A DNA stretch of 46,581 nucleotides from Pseudomonadota bacterium (lineage in GTDB: Bacteria > Bdellovibrionota > FAC87 > UBA2466), in the NCBI GenBank assembly GCA_031425635.1, contig JANPJT010000098.1:1-46581 (forward strand), read 5' to 3'. The position numbers were made by a program, and so were the translations under genes. The number at the start of each line of letters is the position of its first letter. Positions within the stretch are counted from its first letter, which is position 1. Shown piece after piece: positions 16,992 to 25,887 of this stretch. Under the pieces are notes generated by a model. That model saw nothing but the letters and a program-made list of their open reading frames with translations. It did no database searches and was not told the DNA's origin.

Positions 16992-18284
16992 ATGATGCGT
17001 CTTAGTTGCGTCGCAATATTTCTGTCTCTCGTTTTCTCCGTGGCGGCTTCAGCCGCAGACCCGGGGAGCGAAGCTAAACTCGCTGCTAGCTTGTTCGATC
17101 TCCCAACGCTTTACCGCCGCGTTGACAGAGAAACTAGAGAAGAAAGAGTTCAGAGCGGAACCCCAGGAAACATTTGGGTTTCCTACGTTAAGTGGCTCGG
17201 TCACTCGGAGCCGGTCATTCGCCTTGAAGACGCCAGAAACAAATTCTCTGAGTTATCCAGTTCGGTCGGTAGCAAGGACCGGGCGAGGGAATTGTTAGTA
17301 CAGCTTGCGGCTACAACGAACGACCCTGTCCATTGGCAGATTGCCATTTATTTCTCTAATGGCGGCCTGTCGCGTGAAATTATCGAAAAGCATCTTTTGA
17401 ACGAAGCCTTCCTAAGTCACCCCTCTAGGCTTGTCTACGACCACGACAACGGAGAGAGTTTTTTTGTAAAAAACGAATCACTTTACACTACGGGGAGAGA
17501 GTTTTTGCAGGATGAAGTCCGCGAGCGGCTCGAACTACCCGTCCCCTTCAATAGTTTTCTCGACGTGCGGGAAATGGAAATCATCTTTTCTACCCCAGAT
17601 AGCATTGGCTTTTTTTTGCAAGGTCCTGGATGGAATTATGACCTTCGGTGGAGAGCGTCCTATTTTCGGATTATGTACGACCCTGAGTTGCGGCATGTTC
17701 GTTCGTGGATGATCAGAAAGGCTCCGGATTTATTTCAAAGGGGTTTCCACCATGAATGGGTAGGCTTGAAAGAGAACAGAGGGCAGAGAGTTTTCAGCGA
17801 CCGCCAGGTTTTTTGGAGCGGTAGCAAGGCAGAACTGGATCTTTCGTCTCTTTGGTCAGATGTAAGTCATATAGGTATCAACCAGGAGTTCAAAGAGTTT
17901 GTAGAAGGGAAATTATGGGCGATACTGGGACAGCAACCGGACGACCAAATACGGGCGAAAGCTCTCCAGTTGTTGGCGTTATCACCGGAAGATACAAGCT
18001 GGCGCGCAATGGTGCTTAGGTTGGCCGCTCGGCTCGTTGCCCGGCGTCTTGACGAGCGTCGCTCGTTCGAAGTCGAAGGCGCGTACAAAGAGAGTAGCGA
18101 TTTGCTCAGGACGATCAAGGGGTTCGAGCGGACCTTGAACGCGGAAGATTGGAAGAGTTTTACTAATGAAATTTCGGCACCACACCAACATTTCTACTTA
18201 CGCTCCTATGCCGACCGTAACGCGGCAATAAAGAGACGGCATTGCACCAAAGGCTTGCTACGTTTATTGCGTTTACGAAAATAG
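16992..18284 (+). CDS. Secreted hypothetical protein
   Basis: 430-aa ORF with GAGGG RBS and signal peptide (ASA-A); no family recognised. Confidence 0.75.
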   Translation: MMRLSCVAIFLSLVFSVAASAADPGSEAKLAASLFDLPTLYRRVDRETREERVQSGTPGNIWVSYVKWLGHSEPVIRLEDARNKFSELSSSVGSKDRARELLVQLAATTNDPVHWQIAIYFSNGGLSREIIEKHLLNEAFLSHPSRLVYDHDNGESFFVKNESLYTTGREFLQDEVRERLELPVPFNSFLDVREMEIIFSTPDSIGFFLQGPGWNYDLRWRASYFRIMYDPELRHVRSWMIRKAPDLFQRGFHHEWVGLKENRGQRVFSDRQVFWSGSKAELDLSSLWSDVSHIGINQEFKEFVEGKLWAILGQQPDDQIRAKALQLLALSPEDTSWRAMVLRLAARLVARRLDERRSFEVEGAYKESSDLLRTIKGFERTLNAEDWKSFTNEISAPHQHFYLRSYADRNAAIKRRHCTKGLLRLLRLRK

Positions 18285-18786
18285 GCTGCGCTTCCGATTG
18301 GAAACAGTGCCTATTGGCCGAACGGGAAAGAAGATTCAAAAAGTCCGAGCTGTCAGACGGCTAACACCCAAAATGTAATGGCGCATAGTGCCCCTACTAT
18401 ACTGAGCTCAATCGCTTTCAGAGAAACTGACAGCCTAAAATACTTTATTCACCCAGCCATTCCCAGCCGCAAGAGGGCGCTATAGAACGCTCGGTCCCTC
18501 CAAATACCAAGAATAGGGGGCGCAATATCCAAGTAATTCTTGGTAAGGCCCCCTGGAGGCGGACGGGCAAATCTCTGTTGAGGAAACCCACTCTCTCCGC
18601 CATTGCTTAAACTTAATTTTAAATTCCGGTTCGCATATCGCGCGATATGCTTCAGCTATCCATGAGTGCTTTTAAGGCAATGAGGCGCTGCTTAGACGTA
18701 AACTCTGTCTTGCAGAACTCCCTCTCGGTAGAACTAGGCAACGAAGCCCCAAGGGGCAAAGTGGATGACCGGGACTTCTCGCAACC

Positions 18787-19179
18787 CTACAAAAATAGCG
18801 ATCGAATCCTCGGAACGAGTCCATCTCGGACTTTCCTAAACGCGTCCATGCGCTCTTGCTCCGTTCCGTTCACCGTTTCGGGGTCCGGTTGTGGCCAGAA
18901 GAACTGCTTGCTGTTTGGGCTTGATTCAAAAGCAATGGCGTCGCTCAAAACCACCACACAATCTATTTCGGTTAGAGGCACGGCGGACAAGCGTTTTGGA
19001 GTGGAGTGGGTGATGTCTATCCCCACTTCTTGCATTGCGCGAAGTGACAGCGGGTTGAGGACGGAAGGCTCCGTCCCCGCACTATAGTACGCGTGCGTGG
19101 CGCCGCCCATCCGGCGAGCCAAGCCTTCGGCCATGGGACTCAACGCAGAATTTGTGTGGCATAGAAAAAGGATCTTCAT
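18787..19179 (-). CDS. LMW-PTP/ArsC-fold protein with a degenerate active site
   Basis: MKILFLCHTNSALSPMAEG, SAGTEP, AMQEVGIDI, W...DP, FRKVRD. Start reassigned to ATG 19179. Confidence 0.8.
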   Translation of the reverse strand: MKILFLCHTNSALSPMAEGLARRMGGATHAYYSAGTEPSVLNPLSLRAMQEVGIDITHSTPKRLSAVPLTEIDCVVVLSDAIAFESSPNSKQFFWPQPDPETVNGTEQERMDAFRKVRDGLVPRIRSLFL

Positions 19180-19213
19180 CCTGAGGGACGTAACCTGTTT
19201 CTGCGGCTTCTGT

Positions 19214-20458
19214 CTAGACCGCAGAGGGAGCTGGGCTCTTTGGGAAAGTCCAGCGCTTCGCTCGGAGAAGCAGCAAAAGCCCAGGGAGGGCAATCACGGA
19301 ACAAAAAACGAAGTAACTCGCCCAACCAAAGTACTGCGATAAAATACCGCTTGTAGAGCCCAGCAGCGTTCGGGGCACGCTCATCAAACTAGATAAAATC
19401 GCGTACTGGGTTGCGGTAAACCGTTTATCGGTCAGCGACGCCATAAAGCCAACATACGCTGCCGTTCCCATCCCTCCGCAGATATTTTCAAACGTCACGA
19501 CTAGGGCGAGCGCGGTGAGGCTAGTGCTTGGCAAAAGGGCTAACCAAGAAAAGCCCGCGGTCGATAGGGCCTGGAGAATTCCGAAGGCCCAAAGGCATTT
19601 AACCAAGTTTGCTTTGAGAAGGATCATCCCGCCAATGAGCCCTCCCGCAATGGTGGCCCATAAACCAAACACTTTGGAAACCCCTGCAATCTGGGCCTTG
19701 TCATAGCCAATGTTGAGGTAAAAGGGAGTGAGCATATCGCTTGCCATTTGATCGCCCAGTTTAAAAAGAAAAATAAAGGCGAGGACTTCAAGCGCAGCCG
19801 GCCTCGAAAAAAATTCGGTAAACGGAGCGACCACCGCTCGCTCCAAAGTAGCGGGAGGAGGCGCCTGGCCTTTAAGCGCCGGAGCTAAAATGGTTGCTAG
19901 CATCGCTACCAAAAGCAACGCGCCCATCGCTGCGTACGCAAGTTCCCAGCGGTGAAAATGGGCTATCCCCAATGCGCCGGCACCGGCAAATAAAAGACCC
20001 ACACGGTAACCATTTACAGCAATCGAAGCGCCCAACCCTTGCTCTGAATCGGCTAACACTTCTCGGCGGTAAGCATCGATCGCAACGTCTTGGCTTGCGC
20101 TTAAGAATGCGACCAGCACGCAAAGCGCCACGGCATAGCCCAGCCGTTTTTCTGGTGAAGAAAAGGCGAGCGCGAAAAGAGCCAAGGCAAGGCCCAACTG
20201 GCAAATGAGGATCCAGCCTCGGCGCCTATCCAAGAAAGGGGGGACGTACCGGTCCATGAACGGCGCCCAAAGAAACTTAAAGGAATACGGTAGCTGAACG
20301 AGCGCCATCGCGCCGACAGCGGCAAGGCTTAAGTGGATTTCCGTCATCCAAGCTTTGAAAGTCGACCCCACCAGCAGAAGCGGCAGCCCAGAAGAAACGC
20401 CGAGAAGGAAAAGGCAGAGCATTTTCCGGTTGAGCAACGACACGAAGAAAAGGCGCAC
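19214..20458 (-). CDS. ampG: AmpG family muropeptide MFS transporter
   Basis: LG.SSGLP, PYSFKFLWAP.MDR, RRRGW....Q, SASQDVAIDAYR.E, GYRVG, FKLGD, FTATQYA.LSS. Confidence 0.93.
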   Translation of the reverse strand: MRLFFVSLLNRKMLCLFLLGVSSGLPLLLVGSTFKAWMTEIHLSLAAVGAMALVQLPYSFKFLWAPFMDRYVPPFLDRRRGWILICQLGLALALFALAFSSPEKRLGYAVALCVLVAFLSASQDVAIDAYRREVLADSEQGLGASIAVNGYRVGLLFAGAGALGIAHFHRWELAYAAMGALLLVAMLATILAPALKGQAPPPATLERAVVAPFTEFFSRPAALEVLAFIFLFKLGDQMASDMLTPFYLNIGYDKAQIAGVSKVFGLWATIAGGLIGGMILLKANLVKCLWAFGILQALSTAGFSWLALLPSTSLTALALVVTFENICGGMGTAAYVGFMASLTDKRFTATQYAILSSLMSVPRTLLGSTSGILSQYFGWASYFVFCSVIALPGLLLLLRAKRWTFPKSPAPSAV

Positions 20459-20482
20459 TAGTCCCCCTTAGAGAAAGAAGCG

Positions 20483-21262
20483 CTAGAAAACAAACCCAGC
20501 GTGGAGAGACGCTAGCGGAAGCACGCCGCCAAAGGTAGAAGAAACGACCGTTCCCGAGCCCAGAACAAGCTGCACGCCCGCTCTCGCCCCTAAAGTAAAG
20601 CCCGAGCCAGAAAATCGGAACTGGTACGTCAACTGCCCGAGGCCAGCTGGTAACAGAACGCTTTCCGAAGTGGAAGACAAAGTAAGCGTTAGTAGGTACG
20701 CGCCCGCCCCCACAAGAAAGCCGAAACCGTCCGCAGGCGGCCCCCCAAAATCAAGCCCGGCAGTTAAAAACCCGCCGAACCCCACTGCGCTGGCATCGGT
20801 TCCGGGCTGGAAGAAAAACAACGGCTGAAGCCCGATGCTCCAGCGCGGGCCTAGTCCGAAGTACTCAAAATGGCCCATGCCATAAAGGTACGTTAAGCCC
20901 GCATTCGCCCCGAGGCTTAAGCCATATTCGATTTCGCTCGCGGAAGTGACGGTAGCCTCGGAAGCCGCTGATGCAGTTTGTCGACTAAAGGGCCGGAGAG
21001 TGAAGCTCGCACCCACTTCTAAAGGGTGTTTCTTGTTCATTTTAGCGATGCGGACTGCAAACTTATCCTGGTGGAGTTTTATTACGGTACCGCAAGCTGC
21101 TAAATAAAGTTCGCCGCGGAAGCAGATACTTTCCTGAACCTTCACCTCTTCGCCCGCTTCTTTAACAGCGATAGCGATTCCGGATTGAAACTTCAGTAAA
21201 CGCGCTGCGAAACAAATATTCGTTGAGAAAAGCAAAGCCAACAGGGCAGTTTGGTATCTCAC
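20483..21262 (-). CDS. Secreted protein with probable C-terminal outer-membrane beta-barrel
   Basis: Signal peptide; alternating Gly/aromatic strands in the C-half; terminal LHAGFVF (BAM-type C-terminal Phe). Confidence 0.6.
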   Translation of the reverse strand: MRYQTALLALLFSTNICFAARLLKFQSGIAIAVKEAGEEVKVQESICFRGELYLAACGTVIKLHQDKFAVRIAKMNKKHPLEVGASFTLRPFSRQTASAASEATVTSASEIEYGLSLGANAGLTYLYGMGHFEYFGLGPRWSIGLQPLFFFQPGTDASAVGFGGFLTAGLDFGGPPADGFGFLVGAGAYLLTLTLSSTSESVLLPAGLGQLTYQFRFSGSGFTLGARAGVQLVLGSGTVVSSTFGGVLPLASLHAGFVF

Positions 21263-21350
21263 TAACTCATCATATCGTTTCGAACCGCTTTCGGGTATGA
21301 TTAAAGTTCTTCTCTAATCAGTATCTAACCAAAAAATAACGAGGCAACGA

Positions 21351-22841
21351 ATGAAAAGAATCGTGTGGGTTCTGTTTTCGTCTGTTTACGCGCTAAGCAC
21401 CTTGGGTGACGGGCTCACCTTGAAGACACTTCAAAATAAGCTTTCTAATCAAAAAAGTACCTGGACTGCTACCGAGAATAAGGTTTCCTCGTTGCCAGTC
21501 GAAGAACAGAAAAGGTACTTGGGAGCGCAGCTCCCGTCCCAAGAGGATCACTTCTTTTACCCTGCGGGTCGAGAACCCAAAGCCAACTTAAAAATCCAAG
21601 CGCAAGATTGGCGCAATGTGAATGGCACTAACTACGCATCCCCCATCCTTGATCAAGGACGCTGCGGAAGCTGCGTCGCCTTTGCCGCCATTGGTCAATT
21701 GGAAACGCAGCTGAATATCACTCGCAAATCGACAGATTCTCCCTGGGCAATGTCACCCCAGCACCTTTTTTCATGCGGTGGTGGTGCGTGTGAACAGGGC
21801 TGGACACCCAATAGCGCGCTCGACTTTCTTGAAACGAGCGGAGTCCCCGATGAGGCCTGCTTCCCCTACCAGTCTGGCGCTTTGGGCTCCGACTTAGCCT
21901 GCTCTAGCTCCTGTTCCAATTCCAAGAGCAGAAGCCTCCGTATCAGCGGGTACCAGACAGAATCGTTTTTCTTTTCCTTCCCCGATCTGGTTAAGCGGGC
22001 TTTAAAAAAAGGTCCTTTAATGACCACGATGACTGTGTATGAGGATTTTCCGTACTACTCAGGCGGAGTTTACAAGTACACCACCGGCGCCGCTCTTGGT
22101 GGCCACGCGGTCGTGATCGAAGGCTGGAGCGAATCGGACAATGCCTGGATTGTGCGCAACAGCTGGGGAGAAGACTGGGGCGAAAAAGGCTATTTCCGAA
22201 TCGCGATTGGAGATAAGTCGGGCGTTGGTAACAGCGCGTGGAGCATCGAAGTGCCACAAGAAAGCGGCAGCGTTTCGCTTGGCGCTTTGCGCGATCGATC
22301 GGTTTTGTCAGGGACAGCGCAAAGCCTGACCCTTGTCTCCACTTTTGCCGACACGACTCGGATACGGTGGCAGCTATCTCAAGGCAAGACGCCGAAGCTC
22401 TCTGGCCAAGTCGTGCGCACCTCCACAACGACCGCGGACACCACGGCAGTGCCCGACGGAAGTTACGAGCTAGTCGCGATTGCTGAACGGGCTTCGGGAA
22501 TCGAGTATAGCCAGCCTCGCCAGGTATTTGTTCTGAATGGAGCGCTGTCGGGAAGTGCGGAAATCCAGAACTTTAAGAATGGCGATTCCGTCAGTGGCAA
22601 GCAAGTGCTGGAACTCAAACTCCAGTACTCGCCCATTCCTTTTAGCAAGCTAGTGTTCAAGGCGAAAAATCTCGCAACGGGACGGGTCATCGAGCGATCG
22701 ACTCCCCACATAGCCACGAGACTTAACCTTAGCTTCAACACCGGTAAAATGGAAAATGGCGACTGGGAGCTTTCTCTGAAAGGCATTGCGGGGAATCAAA
22801 GCGTCGATTCCACACCCATTACGGTCACTGTAAAAAACTGA
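21351..22841 (+). CDS. Secreted papain-family (C1A) cysteine peptidase with C-terminal beta-rich (Ig-like) domains
   Basis: DWRN, DQGRCGSCVAFA (Gln, catalytic Cys), GGHAV (His), WIVRNSWGEDWGEKGYFRI (Asn); two DT/NT...DGxY/W.L repeats at the C-terminus. Confidence 0.92.
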   Translation: MKRIVWVLFSSVYALSTLGDGLTLKTLQNKLSNQKSTWTATENKVSSLPVEEQKRYLGAQLPSQEDHFFYPAGREPKANLKIQAQDWRNVNGTNYASPILDQGRCGSCVAFAAIGQLETQLNITRKSTDSPWAMSPQHLFSCGGGACEQGWTPNSALDFLETSGVPDEACFPYQSGALGSDLACSSSCSNSKSRSLRISGYQTESFFFSFPDLVKRALKKGPLMTTMTVYEDFPYYSGGVYKYTTGAALGGHAVVIEGWSESDNAWIVRNSWGEDWGEKGYFRIAIGDKSGVGNSAWSIEVPQESGSVSLGALRDRSVLSGTAQSLTLVSTFADTTRIRWQLSQGKTPKLSGQVVRTSTTTADTTAVPDGSYELVAIAERASGIEYSQPRQVFVLNGALSGSAEIQNFKNGDSVSGKQVLELKLQYSPIPFSKLVFKAKNLATGRVIERSTPHIATRLNLSFNTGKMENGDWELSLKGIAGNQSVDSTPITVTVKN

Positions 22842-22848
22842 TGGTATT

Positions 22849-22883
22849 CGCTCCCGGCCGAGCTTTCCGGCCGGGAGCGTTTT
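22849..22883 (+). terminator. Intrinsic terminator between convergent genes
   Basis: Perfect 12-bp stem CGCTCCCGGCCG / CGGCCGGGAGCG with a 7-nt loop, followed by TTTT. Confidence 0.8.
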
Positions 22884-24261
22884 AAAAAACTTTCCCAGGG
22901 TTTAAAAGGCCCTTCGGATCAAAGGCGGACTTGATCGCGCGGAAAATATCGAGTTCCTCTTTGGTGCGGCTAAATCCCAACCACTTTTTCTTCAAAAGTC
23001 CTACCCCATGCTCCGACGAAATACTGCCTCGGTACTGCTGGACTAGCCCAAACAACTTGGGCTCAAAAAGATCGCACGCTCTGTCGAAGTCTTCAAAGGG
23101 TATCGAAGGAGGGCAAAGCATATTGACGTGCGGGCTCCCATCCCCAAAATGCCCAAAGAAATATAGCTCAATAGGCAATTTCGCTTCGAAAAGCGAAGCC
23201 TCAACGTCTTGTAAAAAGGAGGCTACTTGATCCACCGGCACCGACAAGTCGTGCTTCCTGAGAGAAGCAGTCAGCGCAAGGCTCTCCGTAATCCCTTCTC
23301 TTAGAGACCAAACTTGTTTCTGGCTTTCGCTGGAGTCCGCCACCAGTGAATCAATCACCAGAGGGTTCGACAAAGTCGCTTCAGCCCAAGCATCTCGGCT
23401 ACGGTCTCCTGCCACTTCCGCAAGAACATAATATTCGCCTTTGCCTCGAAGTTTTGATTCTCGCCCGAGCTTGTTCGAAACCGCTTCTAGGCACTTACTG
23501 GAAAAAAACTCGAAAGCCAGGATTTCAAAAGGGCCTGTGCGGCACTTCTCGAAAAGGTAGGGAAGGCCCAAAGCGTTTTTGACAGCGAAGAAGTAAATAG
23601 ACTTCCCTTTCTCCTCTGGGACTGGAACTAGCTTTAAAGTAGCTTCGGTTAAAATACCAAGAGTCCCTTCGCTGCCTATCATGAGCTGCAGTAAATCGTA
23701 TCCTGTGTTGTTTTTCTCAAGCCCCGCGTTGAGCGTAAGCACACTGCCGTCCATCTTCACAAACTCGAGGCTCGTTACCCATTTTCGAGCCATCCCATAC
23801 CGAATCACTTTTAGCCCTCCTGCGTTCGTGGAGAGGTTGCCGCCGATTTGGCAAGATCCTTTGGAAGCAAGATCAATTGGCCAGGTAAGGCCTACCTTTT
23901 CACAGTGTTGGTGCACGTTTTCCGTCACCGCTCCCGCACCAACCCGCACCGTTCGGGAAAGAAGGCTCGGCTCAGAAAGCGAGTCCATCCGCCCTAAGTT
24001 GACGACTAATTCCCCATTGGTCGGAACCGCGCCGGCAGCAAGCCCCGTGCGACCGCCCGAGGGAACGACTGGAACTTTTTCTTTCGAACAAAGGGCTAGA
24101 ACTTTGGAAAGCTCCGGCGTGCTTCTAGGCAGTACGACCGCAAGAGGGTTTCCGGGGGTCTTCGTCCAATCGGTTGAGTAAGGAAAGCACGCGTCTTTCC
24201 CAACCAACAAGGAGTCGGCGCCGACGGTACGGGAAAGGCTGTTCAGAAATTCGCTTCGCAT
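22882..24261 (-). CDS. FAD-linked oxidase, D-2-hydroxyglutarate/D-lactate dehydrogenase-like
   Basis: PSGGRTGLAAGA, GSCQIGGNLSTNAGG, KNNTGYDL, GSEGTLG, FGHFGDG..H.N, SISSEHGVG, FDPKGLLNPGK. Confidence 0.92.
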   Translation of the reverse strand: MRSEFLNSLSRTVGADSLLVGKDACFPYSTDWTKTPGNPLAVVLPRSTPELSKVLALCSKEKVPVVPSGGRTGLAAGAVPTNGELVVNLGRMDSLSEPSLLSRTVRVGAGAVTENVHQHCEKVGLTWPIDLASKGSCQIGGNLSTNAGGLKVIRYGMARKWVTSLEFVKMDGSVLTLNAGLEKNNTGYDLLQLMIGSEGTLGILTEATLKLVPVPEEKGKSIYFFAVKNALGLPYLFEKCRTGPFEILAFEFFSSKCLEAVSNKLGRESKLRGKGEYYVLAEVAGDRSRDAWAEATLSNPLVIDSLVADSSESQKQVWSLREGITESLALTASLRKHDLSVPVDQVASFLQDVEASLFEAKLPIELYFFGHFGDGSPHVNMLCPPSIPFEDFDRACDLFEPKLFGLVQQYRGSISSEHGVGLLKKKWLGFSRTKEELDIFRAIKSAFDPKGLLNPGKVF

Positions 24262-24276
24262 TCGATTGCCTCTTTT

Positions 24277-25092
24277 TTAGCGGTAAAACCAAAGTCCTAA
24301 GTACTCTTTCATGGATCGCGTGGTTGCCTGAAGGGCGGCTAGAGAAGGGAGTAGGTCGAGCGTCGAGAACGCCCTTTCGATCACTCGATTATCCGTTGGC
24401 AAAGCTTGAATTTCGGTAAAGCCTTGCTTCCTGAGCATTGCGACAGAGCGGGGCATGTGGAAAGAGCTGGTAACTAAGATCAATCGCCGCAACCCCTTTT
24501 TATCCAGTAAAACACGGCCCAAAGCGGCGTTTTCCGTCGTATTGCGCGCCCGGTTTTCTACCAGAATGGCGTCGCTTGGCACGCCGAGTTCGACGAGCAG
24601 ATCGTGCATGTCTTCCGCTTCTGTTCGCTCGGTTTTTTGTGCGTCACGATAAGCCACGCCGCTGGTTACCAAAATATGCGGCGCCTTTTTTTCGCGGAAA
24701 AGCCGCCACGCTGCGAACACTCGGCTACCGTCGGATTCTTGAAGTTGCTTCCGAGGGGGCTCAAGACCCAGAACCGTCCCGCCAAATACCACGATAGCAT
24801 CCGCTTTTCGAACTTCGGATAGGCTCACGGGCGGGTACTGGGATTCCAATGACCGGAGGAGGGGTTCAGAAATGAACGGGAACGAAGGAAAGAGCAGCGC
24901 ACCAAAAGCTGCACACTGGAAATAAAGGGAAACCCGTTTTCGCCCAAACAAAGCTGCCAAAAGGGAAAGAGATAGCAGCGTCAGGCCGATATTGTACGGC
25001 CAAAACAGCGGCTGTAAGATTTTGCTGAAAGTGTACACTGCGAAGAAAAGTGTACCGTAGATTGCTACCCTTGCGCTAATCGCAATAGGCAA
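24277..25092 (-). CDS. YdcF/ElyC/SanA (DUF218) family protein
   Basis: N-terminal TMs, DAIVVFGG, EAEDM, ENRARNTTENA, LILVTSSFHMPRS, KEYLG. Confidence 0.9.
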   Translation of the reverse strand: MPIAISARVAIYGTLFFAVYTFSKILQPLFWPYNIGLTLLSLSLLAALFGRKRVSLYFQCAAFGALLFPSFPFISEPLLRSLESQYPPVSLSEVRKADAIVVFGGTVLGLEPPRKQLQESDGSRVFAAWRLFREKKAPHILVTSGVAYRDAQKTERTEAEDMHDLLVELGVPSDAILVENRARNTTENAALGRVLLDKKGLRRLILVTSSFHMPRSVAMLRKQGFTEIQALPTDNRVIERAFSTLDLLPSLAALQATTRSMKEYLGLWFYR

Positions 25093-25792
25093 TATCGCTC
25101 AGCCAAGCCGTTGATTGGCGCACGCGGCTAGCTAGCTCCCGAAGGTTTTCCTCTTCTGCTGTCAGCGAAGGTTCCAGCGTCAAGTAGCTGGAGATGGGGC
25201 TTACCATCTCAGCCCTACCGAGGTTGGCACGGACGCGCCAAAATAGATCGGCCTTTCTGCTCACGCGGATTTTGACTGAATGAGACGACGAGCCGAAGCT
25301 TCGGAAGTGCTCGAAGCTCCGCGCTTTAGCGACCTCCAATGTGTAACGCACATTCGGCACTGGAATTTCCGACCAGCTGAACAGGATGCACTGCGGCTTC
25401 AGCCCGATTTTGATGACTGCGCCAGGCAAAGGCCTCGCGGGACGCAAGGTATAGTGCTCAAATTGGTCGAGAGGCAAGACGATGGGACTGACGACTTGGA
25501 TCGGGCGAACCATCTCAACGTTGCGATTAATGACTCTGTCCGCTTCTCTCGTGAGCTCTGAGTGCTGTTTTGCCAAAGGACCCAAAGGAGGGGGTGCGTC
25601 AAAAACGGTGATGTCCGTCCAAGAGGAGCTTAGCTCTCGCCTAGGAGAGTTGAGAGCCTCGAACGATGCAGCGCTGGGCTTCCAATCGATGAGCAGCTGG
25701 GTGAGCGCGAGTCCCGCGCCCCCAAAGAAAACGAGCCAAGCCAACTGCTCGCCTCGGTGAAACTCAGGAATGGCTTTGCTTCGCTTTTGCAT
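25076..25792 (-). CDS. Membrane-anchored hypothetical protein with an FnIII-like domain
   Basis: One N-terminal TM; FSW......Y.LEVA....F and FWRVRA strands. Confidence 0.6.
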   Translation of the reverse strand: MQKRSKAIPEFHRGEQLAWLVFFGGAGLALTQLLIDWKPSAASFEALNSPRRELSSSWTDITVFDAPPPLGPLAKQHSELTREADRVINRNVEMVRPIQVVSPIVLPLDQFEHYTLRPARPLPGAVIKIGLKPQCILFSWSEIPVPNVRYTLEVAKARSFEHFRSFGSSSHSVKIRVSRKADLFWRVRANLGRAEMVSPISSYLTLEPSLTAEEENLRELASRVRQSTAWLSDIAYCD

Positions 25793-25887
25793 TGGCGCCC
25801 CATTTTCTTATCGGCAGCGCGTCATATTGCTTTAACTCTTATGCTTTTTCTTGGGCCAGACGATAAGCATGCTGGAGGGGTCGCCGC

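Noticed and set aside
16680-18786. Integrated island at tRNA-Ser
   Set aside because: No integrase, and no duplicated tRNA 3' end was found by eye in the window.
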